DNA of 56,574 nucleotides, the filler included, from Catajapyx aquilonaris (lineage: Eukaryota), in NCBI GenBank assembly GCA_000934665.2. It is 4 parts of 4 records of this genome, joined end to end, with 100 filler letters (N's around TTAATTAATTAA, not from the genome) between each part and the next. Parts side by side here need not be neighbours in the genome. Positions count along the whole stretch, not along the records: positions 28,347 to 42,413 come from JYFJ02007896.1; positions 42,514 to 56,574 come from JYFJ02007898.1; 2 more parts are not named here. The stretch is one strand, 5' to 3'. Both the position numbers and the translations under genes were made by a program. The notes under the pieces are model-generated. The model was not told where the DNA came from and ran no database searches. It saw only the letters and a program-made list of their open reading frames with translations. This document shows, piece after piece, positions 40,992 to 50,487 of the stretch. Position 1 is the stretch's first letter, and every line of letters begins with the position of its first letter.

Positions 40992-41506
40992 ATGATGTCC
41001 AAGCTGTTGATAACCTTATTGCTGATGGCTAACGTAGATGTCTTGGTCACATTTGATAACGTCACAGTAAAGGTTGATCTTCTGGAGAAGATTGAATCGC
41101 AGCTGGAATCATCCTGCATGATCGTGTTGGCCCACGATTATTCTACTCTTCCTCATCATCTCAACCAATGGCTCAAAATAATTTCCGAAAAAAGTCGCAT
41201 GATTATGCCCATTCGACTTGACACTACTGAAGCTGAAATAAGTGTCACCGAGATTCCTGATGACCCCACAGTCAACCACACCTCAGCAGTGACCTACTGG
41301 TTCGACTGGTTGCATCGGCCAACCGCATATCCTACAGCACATTGCACATGGTTTGTCTTCTTCCTTCAGCATGAGAACTTCGAAGCTTTGATTGAGAAAA
41401 CTGCAGCTACCATTCTTCTCAACACTCGTCAGCATCGTTTCATCTTCTTCACCAGGAATGGCGGCCAGGACGAAATCCTCACTCACCAACATTCACGGAT
41501 CCTCAG
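40992..41506 (+). CDS. First coding exon of a secreted or membrane protein resembling a variant ionotropic receptor (IR) N-terminus; downstream exons not found in this segment
   Basis: Signal-peptide-like MMSKLLITLLLMA, two N-x-T sequons (NVT, NHT), CTWFVFFL...LNTRQHRFIFF pattern, and a strong donor AG|GTGAGT at 41507 (phase 2). The family call rests on weak resemblance only. Confidence 0.45.
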
Positions 41507-41741
41507 GTGAGTATGAGTCATCTTAATTGCCTTAACATTTCTGTATTACATAAAGACTTTCATGGTCTACAGTCATTTTTTTAAAAGGAATTGGAATTGG
41601 CATTGGAAAGCTATTGCCCTTGACCGCCTGACAGGTCTTCATAAATGTTTCTTCGGTCTTATCTATGTGTGGCATTCATAACTTGCATTTACTCGGGTAA
41701 TAGCAAGTTGCTATTGTTTACTCTATCCCAATCTCTGTTTT

Positions 41742-41742
<1 letters not shown>

Positions 41743-41768
<26 letters not shown>
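41743..41768. repeat. (AG)n microsatellite
   Basis: Perfect dinucleotide run. Confidence 0.95.
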
Positions 41769-41773
<5 letters not shown>

Positions 41774-42413
41774 ACCAGACGTGACCTTAGACATAGAGGG
41801 TCTATAAAATAATCGAAACTTATTAAAAATTGGGGCAAATATGATATCATTATACACACGCATTCATTCATTAATAATCGGCGCAAAATTCTGAGGAGTT
41901 TCATATGTTTTTGTTGTGACTCAAGTAGACTACGTTAGACTAAAACAATATGCATGCTATATTCCAGTTTTAAAATGAGTGCAACCGAGTGCGCAGCACA
42001 GTTCACGCAGCTTGCAGGGTTGGCATTATCAATGGATAGCTCTCTGTATATAGTATAGTAGGTGTACTGGTAAATAAGGGTTGCACTTCTTTCCAACGCT
42101 ACACTTATTGGTGGGAATGGTCGACGTTGCCAAAAGGCTCCGAAACGAACCTCAGAGGCTACGGGCTGGGAGCATATACTACATAAGAGGCGCAAACTTC
42201 GGTCGGCGCCTTTGATGTCCGCGTCTCTCTGTTTGGGGCCGTTGCCAAGGCTGGCGGCCATTTTGAAGCGGGGGAAACGCCAACGAGGTATAAATAGGGT
42301 ACAGGCAGGCCGTAAAGGTCCGCCATCTTTGATGGTTTTGGCGGCCATGGCACTTCACGGCAAGAACACGCGCGATTTCGAATATTTTTTTTTGCCGTAC
42401 GAGCTCCTTGCAC

Positions 42414-42513
42414 NNNNNNNNNNNNNNNNNNNNNNNNNNNNNNNNNNNNNNNNNNNNTTAATTAATTAANNNNNNNNNNNNNNNNNNNNNNNNNNNNNNN
42501 NNNNNNNNNNNNN
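42414..42513. other. Synthetic contig spacer
   Basis: 44 N + TTAATTAATTAA + 44 N. Confidence 0.97.
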
Positions 42514-42610
42514 TAAGTCTACAAAGGCAACAAAAACCTTCTTGTTTACAGCTAAATACTTTTCTATCACGAGTCTCATACAGAATATCTGATCTACACA
42601 ACTCTTACCC
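42514..42610 (-). mobile_element. RTE LINE fragment
   Basis: Nearly identical to 38232-38329. Confidence 0.8.
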
Positions 42611-44597
42611 TTTAATGAAATATGATCCACAAAAATGCAAAATTAGCTCACACATTTCCTAGGCAGGCCCAAAAACATCTGTTATTTTCTTTTGAGATCT
42701 CGGTATTGCCAAATGCACCAGAATAGTTATGATTTTGACCTTTTCGGCAAGAGTATCAGTGACAGGTAAAAAAATCGCCCCCACTCCAGTAGTCTATGCA
42801 ATGCTTTCCTCGCGTGGGGAAAAAAAGATAAGTAATCAAAACCAGTATATTTCTCACTCAGGGGCCAAAATAAATGGTATCTTATAGCCGAGATAAGGTG
42901 AAAATGAGTCTGTTATATCAGGAGAAAAATACATGTGGAAGTATGGCGGGGCATGCCTTTCGAGTCTGTTATAACCGACAGTCAGTTATATCCGAGGCTG
43001 TTATATCCGATTCAACTGCATATGATCATAGGGCTACAACAAGAACTACTGTACACTTGAATTAAATTGCTTGTCAGTCCTGCATCCGTCCCAGCATTCT
43101 ACTCGACCCTGGAAAATGTAGTCAGTGGGAGAAGAGGATGTGCATATATTATGCATGTCGACATGTCGTGTCGGGCCGTAGGATTGTTTTGATATGTTTG
43201 CACCATCAACTTATATCCCTTTTACCTCCACTCTGGACCACTCGATTTTTATTCAGATAAACGGAAACTTGCACCCAAAGAGTGTGAAAGTGATATGTCT
43301 GGAAGGACTTTTACTGCAAATCCCTAGTTTACGCACTTTCATCGCCGTTCCAATTTCCTGCCCATTCCCGCCTCTTTGAGGCACTAAATGTTGATTATTA
43401 TAAGTAATTTGCAAACTGCAATCCACTCATCTCAATTTCCTACTCATGCTGAATTGATTAAGATATAGCTGACAAGATTATTAACTTATAAATAGTGTAG
43501 GAGAAAAAAAGTTACATGGGATACGGCTATTCCCACTCGGGGGTGATACACACATTTCATCTGCTTTATTGTTTAGTGTCTGAAAAACAAACATGGAAAA
43601 TTGTCCCAATAGTGAAAAGTATAACCCGGACCAATCGTGGAAAATCCAGCCCCGTACGCTATGAGTCACAAGATTTTAAAACTATAGTATTGACAGGTGT
43701 GAAATGTGCTGGGGAGAGGAGGGGAGGGGGACTTAAGAAGGTAAAAGGTCGCTTCCCCTTCCATCCCAACAGATTATAGCTGATAATCAAATGCGACATT
43801 GCCAAGGTTAAACACGGGCTATTGCCATCCCCTTGTCGAAAGGTTTCAAATAGTTCCCGACCTTCGCATGCTAAGCGCTAGTGAGTCAACGAGTAACTTT
43901 CTCCTAGGGGTGATACACAGTCTTAAACGTTCACAAGTCGTCTTGGGGTCCAAAAAGGACCCCACGTTGCAAGTTAGCGACCAGTTTTTTCCGACCCTAA
44001 ATAGACACGGCACATTCATGATCTAGCAAGCATAAAAAATAGCACAGGTGTAAAAAAAAAATATCCATGTATAATATTGTACATGAAGTGAAACCTGTCC
44101 ATAACGGACCCTGAGTATAACGGAAACTTGTCAATTGCGGAATTTTTCCTGGGAACGGGCTTATCCACAGTACATGAATTCCGTGCCATCGAAAAGGAAA
44201 CCTGTCCATTACGGAAAATGTTATGGTTCCCTGCGATTCCGCTATACACAGGGGAAGCTTAGTCAACCAGATCCAGTTTCGGTTCTGCCACATGATAAGG
44301 AGACTGCCATTACAGCTGCTGGGTCACCAAAGTGGGATAGGGAAACAGTAAACAGCGCCTCATGAGTCAACCAAGGGTCAGAGGAGGTCAATTTTTTAAA
44401 AATCTGTCACTTATAGTCCCAGCGAATTTAGGAAGCATTTATATTTTGATGGTTTTGTTAATGCAAGTTTGTAATCTAAAAAACGACGTCGGGGCCAAAA
44501 AGGACCCCACATTGCAAGTTAAGCATGGCTTAATGAGGTTGCAAGTTAAGGGTTAACCACCACACCAACTTGCTTCGGTCCTTCTTATATTATTATG

Positions 44598-45255
44598 AAC
44601 AACTTCCACTCAAAATTGTAGTGGTTCTATTTTTAAAAACAATCCCGGAGGGAACACTGTGCCACTTGCCCATCCATAGGATAAGGGGGAACATGTCAAA
44701 CTCATCCTTCTTTTTTCTTCTTCTGAAAACTACAGAGCAGGAGACCACCATCCTGTCCACTCTGGCCCCGATGTTTTATGGCCACCAGACGACTAGTGAG
44801 TACATGGCTTACAAACAAAGAACAACTTCCACTGAAAGTGGTGGTGGTCCTAGAAAAAAAACAATTCTGGAGGGGACACCTTGTGGCACTTGACCATCCA
44901 TAGGATAAGGGGGGGAGAAAAAAAACTCATCCTTCTGTTTTGTTCTTCTGAAAACTACAGGGCAAGAGACCAACATTCTGCCCACTCAGGCCCCAACGTT
45001 TTATGGAGACCAGACGACTGGTGAGTACATGGCTTACAGACAAAGAACAACTTCCACTAAAAGTGGTGGTGGTCCTAGAAAAAAAACCATTCTGGAAGAG
45101 ACACCTTGTGGCACTTGACCATCCATAGGATAAGAGGGGGGGAAAAACTCATCCTTCTGTTTTGTTCTTCTGAAAACTACAGAGAAAGAGACCAACATTC
45201 TGCCCACTCAGGCCCCAACGTTTTATGGAGACCAGACGACTGGTGAGTACATGGT
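44598..45255 (+). repeat. Tandem repeat of about 223 bp x3, each unit carrying a 60-nt exon candidate
   Basis: Periods of 225 and 222 bp. Each unit reads pyrimidine tract-CTACAG|60 nt|GTGAGTACAT. Confidence 0.9.
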
Positions 45256-47179
45256 TTGCAAAGCCTGGGTTCTTTACATGATCCACCTCTTGCTTACTAA
45301 ATGATAATTGCCCCTCCATGGAAAAAAATGTCACTTTGCAGTTCCCAGGCATTTACTTAATGATTCTGCACATGATCAATAATAAACCCCAGGCAGAAAG
45401 TGGTAGATCCTTGTTATGCATTACTTTGAACATTGTTACCAACAATGACTAGCAAGTCTCTCTCTCTCTCTCTCAACCACTCGTTCTGGATTAACTATCA
45501 ATCATGTACCCCATTTGCAGAGTTTCTCAACTGGGGTTCCATGAGCAATCGCTCGGGGGGTTCCGCGAGAAATAATGATGAATAGTCTAATCCAGGGTAA
45601 CCTCCATGAGTGCCGTCCTCGCCCTAGACAGGGTGTTGTCTCTCTGCCATATTGGATCTGACTTCACATTGCATCTGCATGCAGGAGGGCTGACAAGTGG
45701 GAACCCACTGACGGGAACAGGTTGTGTGAGGTAGGTTTTACATTGGTATTTCGAGTGCTTCCAACTAATTACCTGCATTTTATAGCTCCATTTTAGGCAT
45801 GCAGATCCAATGTGAAGTCAGATCCAATATGGGGGAGAGACAATACCCTGTCTAGGGCAAGGACGGCACTCATGGAGGTTACCCTGGTCTAATCCAGTGG
45901 TTTCCAACCGGGGGGTCGCAATCCTTGGTTCAACTTTTTTTTGTGCAATTTCTGTGTCAATTGAACCATTTTTGCAGCGTGGGGGGGGGGGGGGGNGGGG
46001 TCGCACATTTATGGAAACATGTTTAGGGGGTCGCAGTATCAATGATCAATATCAAAAAATGTATATCAATTATTTATTTTACCATAGGGACAGGTTTACC
46101 TGAGGGACATACAATTTAATAAACCAATTTGACTTCACCGAGATTCAACGTGGATGATTCATCAGCTTATATGTTTTCATGCCATTTGGCAATGTAAGTG
46201 AGGAAAAGCAACATATGTTGTAATTGCATTTCTGATGGCTGGTGTAGGATCGACAAAAAATCAGACCTAGAAGGGATTGGTAAGTCTCACAACAGATTTT
46301 GATGGCCCTAGGGGGTTGCAATTGGTAAAAGGTTGGAAACCACTGGGCTAATGATATGTAAATGTATTGGGCGACACGGTGGCCGAGTGGTTAGCGCTAC
46401 AGCCCTCCACTTCTAAGGTCCCGAGTTCGATCCCCGGGTCGGACGGAGCATACTTATGTGGATAGAGTTTCAATGGGTTCTCTCCGTGTTCATGTGGGTT
46501 TTCTTGGGGTTCTTCCAATTCCTCCCACAATCAAAATCCATCACAGCGCAGGCAATGATTAAAGTCTGATATTTTAAAAGATGATCCCCTAGGAGGCCCA
46601 AGGAGGCCTATCACAGGGTATCCATTATTTATTATTATATGTAAATGTACTTTTGGGTAATTAATTGACATAATAATTTTTATGCGGGGGTTCCCTGGGA
46701 CATGGGCACTAGGGCAGTGCTTCCCAAACTGTAATCCAAACTTAACCCTGGAACCGTGCCGTGCCTGAAAGTTACGCCAACCGTGCCGTGGGGTCTTTTC
46801 GGACCCCATCCATTTATTAATCTTTATTAATTTTTATATAATGCTTTTCAATGGGGGAGGCAGAGTGGTGCTGCGGTAATGTATGCGCCCACAGATGTTA
46901 AGGTCCTGGGTTCGATCCAGCCCGGGGACACCCCCGTCATCTCGTGCAGAGTTCAGGGTCACCTCTGGCTTCGTCTCGGGTGGTATTTCCAACAGACTAA
47001 ACCACCCGGGGGAGTTCACTAAAAATGGCCACGTTTAAGACATTGCACTGCACCTTGCACATCCCCTCCTGTCATCTAGCCCGCGGGCCCGGCATTTCAA
47101 AAAATATGGTCTATGTACTACAAGTTACAATAAAGGTCCGTGCCACATACCCTATAATAGGGTCAGGCACTACCCAAGA

Positions 47180-47248
<69 letters not shown>

Positions 47249-48442
47249 CTTTTCAATGTATTGACTATATACAATCATTATTTGAACAATGCCTAAAATG
47301 ATTGCTAATTCAAAATAAACATGCACGTCCTATTATACAGTAAAACTTCTATAAGTCGAATCTCCATGCGACCGGAAAAAAACTTTGAGTTATAGAAGAT
47401 TCGAGTTGGAGAAGTTTGGAATTTTTGAAGCACATAACTCTATAAGGAAGCCTACCTTCATATCCAGCGACGAAAGGTGTTCAAAACTTAACAATAACTG
47501 TCACTATCCTCGTTGTTATGGTGTAAAAAAATCTCCGTTATGGACATTTGCCTACCTCTTAGATTCAAGGATTCAATTGTCACAATCGAGGCAAACCCTT
47601 CTTTAGGTACGTCTGGTAGACGGAGATCAGGAAATTGAGCCTTTCTGTACATGTGGCCTACTCTCGACCCTTCGGCTGGGAAATGAGAAAATTTTCCATA
47701 CTCGCCAACATGAACTTCGACTTACGGAGACTGAAAATGCATTGATATCCCGTCGTAAGCCCCTGCCTGCACTTCGAGTTATGGATAACTTCGAGTTGTA
47801 GAAATTCGAGTTAGAGAAGTTTATTTCCTATTATTTTACATTGTGACCAACCAAACTCATCATTTTCTTCGACTTATAGAGAACTTCAACTTAGGCAAGT
47901 TCAACTTATAGAAGTTTTACTTATACTGTAAAAAATTGGCAAAAGTTCATTGTAATTATCATTTTAATGCATTTCAATTCCATGGGGTCCAAAAAGACCC
48001 CACAGCACAGTTCCAGAGTTAATATTTGGGGTTGTGAGGGAGGGTAACAAATTATTTTCACGAACACATGCCTAAAGCAGCTAACTCCATCTAAAAAGAA
48101 TCCGTTAATTTGAGTCTGTTAAAGGAAGGTCAGAGAAGGCCTGCAGCGTCACCAACTTTATGTTCTGGGCTGTACCATATGTAACACAATGATTGCAGAT
48201 TGGATGGTAGATTGAGATCAAGAAGTTGTTGGGAGCTTACTATTGATCATGCAGCCAGACTTAGTGAATAGCTTGACTTTTTTCACAATGAAAATATGTT
48301 CACCTCTCCCTCCTGTGGTCATTCAAAAAACTCATAGTGGTTTTAGCTTTTTCTAAAATTGCAGAAGAGGAGCATGAAACATACCTGGATGTTTCCTCGC
48401 CATACTCCCCAGTCGCAACATGTGCAGCAGCTCAGCTCGCTG
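44736..48442 (+). CDS. Putative partial gene of phase-1 symmetric mini-exons (44736-44795, 44961-45020, 45183-45242, 48365-48442) encoding Thr/Pro-rich repeats
   Basis: Canonical splice sites, lengths of 60/60/60/78 nt, all open in phase 1: QETTILSTLAPMFYGHQTT, QETNILPTQAPTFYGDQTT, KETNILPTQAPTFYGDQTT and EEHETYLDVSSPYSPVATCAAAQLA. Confidence 0.45.
45593..45886. mobile_element. hAT-like palindromic MITE
   Basis: CAGGGTAACC...GGTTACCCTG with 8-bp TSD GTCTAATC (45585-45592 and 45887-45894). Confidence 0.9.
45895..46345. mobile_element. hAT (Charlie-like) MITE
   Basis: TIR CAGTGGTTTCCAACC / GGTTGGAAACCACTG, flanked by GTCTAATC and GGCTAATG (degenerate 8-bp TSD). Confidence 0.85.
46369..46636 (+). 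mobile_element. tRNA-derived SINE, family C, with a V-SINE-like central domain
   Basis: A-box GGTGGCCGAGTGGTTAG, B-box GAGTTCGATCCC, core GTTCTCTCCGTGTTCATGTGGGTTTTCTTGGGGTTCTTCCAATTCCTCCCACAATCAAAA, TTA-rich tail, TSD ATATGTAAATGTA. Confidence 0.8.
46854..47245 (+). mobile_element. tRNA-derived SINE, family A, with a (TTA)n tail
   Basis: Homologous to 3427-3770. TSD AT(G/A)CTTTTCAATG at 46841-46853 and 47246-47258. Confidence 0.88.
47338..47921. mobile_element. Tigger-like MITE (copy 2)
   Basis: Reverse-orientation homolog of 13019-13600, inserted at TA. Confidence 0.9.
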
Positions 48443-48537
48443 GTGAGTACATAGCTTACACTGCATGATTCTTTACAGGATCCACTTCTTTATCAAAAAT
48501 TGAATGTGTTTCCTCCATAATACATCTTCTCACCCCA

Positions 48538-49157
48538 CATTTGCAAAAGTTATGCCGTTTCAAATTGCCAAAAATAATACATTTTCATACACAATGGGAT
48601 TGCATTAACGACCACATATAATGACATTGAAGTGAGTAAACAGCTTTTAGATTTTTTTCTCATCGGAAAAAAGTCTTGTAGAAGGGCTGTCCATCCGTCC
48701 GTCCGTCTGTGGACAGGTGTCAAGGTCTAAACCGTAAGAGATAGCGACAAACGGTTTTCATATTCGGATTAAGTGTGTCCAAAATAGGTTTAATGGTCAA
48801 CTTCTGGTGATCTGCCACTTCCGGTTTTCCGGGTTCACTCTATCCGCACAAGTCTACTTTACAGGCGGTTTAGAAAACCGGAAGTGGCGAGTCACCGGGA
48901 GTTGACCATGAAACCGATTTTGGTCACACTTAATCCGAATATGTCATTATCTCTTACGGTTTAGGCCTTGATACCTGTCCACAGACGGACAGACGGACGG
49001 ACAGAGCCATTCTATAAGACTTTCTTCCGATGAGAAAAAAATCTAAAAACTGTTTACACACTTCAATATCATTATATGTGGTCGCTAATGTAATCCCATT
49101 GTGTATGAAAATGTATTATTTTAGGCACTTTAAAACATCATAACTTTTGCAAATATG
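48538..49157. mobile_element. Foldback of about 620 bp containing a (GTCC/GTCT)n motif
   Basis: Arms of about 290 bp (48538-48829 pair with 48874-49157) around a spacer of about 45 bp. Confidence 0.8.
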
Positions 49158-50369
49158 GCCCTCAGCCCGAAATATTTCATTTTTGGTTATCATATATTGT
49201 CCTGTATGTTAAGGGGTGCAGGAGGGCATGATCTAAAAGTACCATGAAAATATTGCCTATTCGAATTTCAGTATATGTGTTGCCACTTGCCAGTAGTCAT
49301 ACAAAAGGAGAGGGGTTATTCACTAACGGTAGTCCGTGTACGGTACACCTTAGTAGGTAGTCTGGGCATAGTCCAAGGGTAGGGGTAGCCCGAGGTAGTC
49401 CGGGTAGTCCATGTATGCAAAATACATTACGTGAATAACCCCTCGACAAATGGTCAACTGTAGGTCACACAGGAATTTTGTTTCTGGAGAATCTGTTGCC
49501 CATGTGACCAGTCCTTATCAATGCATAAAATTAAGATTAATAATTGTTGATTACAGCCTCAGTGAGAAAAGTGGTACAGACACTCTTGGGGTCTTGTGGA
49601 CCACGGAACCACACATTTCCAACAAGAAATTTGTTATTTTGTCACACTAAAGACTAAACAATATTATTCATAGCATACACTGCTACGCAGAGAGAAATAT
49701 CGGACAGTCTCATGACAATGGAAAAAAAAGTCTCAGTATGTCACAATGTAATTTGCCAATGTGAGCCAGATCATTCCACAATTATTACCTATCCACAGGT
49801 ATAGTCAAAGGACATCTGAGAATGGACTTCTGGAACCTTCCACGTTTCAAGTTGCCCCCATGCAACAATAGGAATAAAGTTTCCTTTTGTTGACACTCTC
49901 TCAGATGACCTTTAACTTTACACATCACTTTTCTCCAAGCTCTCCAGCACCCCTCAATATCCACTCAACACGTGCTCTCAAACTTGAAATCCGGCGCGCT
50001 CTGACGTCACCACGCAATATCGACCAATACCTAATGGAAAACACCCGTACCAAAATTACACCTCGCCGCCAGAATGTTCCGAAGCCGCTATTCACACACG
50101 GTCGGAATGGGATGCGGCAAATCCCGCTTAAACATCCAACAGAAGCAATCCGTCTCGCAGGATATAGAAAACCCGCCGGTTAGCTCGAGTGATGTGATAC
50201 AGAAAGGTATGCAGTGGAACATGTACCTTATTGATCGGAGCAGGGCAGTCCGTGCCGCTGTGGGCGGCCTTGGAAGAGCCCGACTCGGTGTGATACGTCG
50301 GCCGGTACGTCGCCGTACACGTTGTAGAGATAGAACGTCAACACAGGAGTCGGCGCGGCGTCAGTCGTA

Positions 50370-50487
50370 GACTCTTAGGCCCAGCTAGCTACAGAATGAA
50401 CTCTGAGTTGGGATTGGACTGAGGGTCTCCCAGACTGGCCAATAAGCTGGCGCGCAGGAGCTAATCTCGTAGTCCAAGGCCTCCAAA
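50370..50487. promoter_or_regulatory. CpG-island promoter of CNEP1R1, probably bidirectional
   Basis: ATTGG (about 50413) and CCAAT (about 50439) boxes in opposite orientations; CpG-rich from 49990 to 50650. Confidence 0.5.

Larger units (their letters stand above)
46746..48018. mobile_element. piggyBac-like MITE (copy 2, inverted) carrying two nested insertions
   Basis: TTAA flanks. Matches the reverse complement of 9600-9882 once 46854-47258 and 47338-47921 are removed. Confidence 0.85.

Noticed and set aside
41507..44736. Joining the IR-like exon to the mini-exon array as one gene
   Set aside because: The phases do not match (2 versus 1) and an artificial spacer lies between them.
50107..50206. 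MGCGKS... exon with an N-myristoylation-like start and a GT donor
   Set aside because: CNEP1R1 has its own conserved start at 50488 and no homology supports this ORF. Probably chance within a CpG island, though not fully excluded.
40347..50372. Linking the CNEP1R1-divergent exon to the 37-40 kb minus-strand exon chain
   Set aside because: They are in different segments separated by a synthetic spacer.
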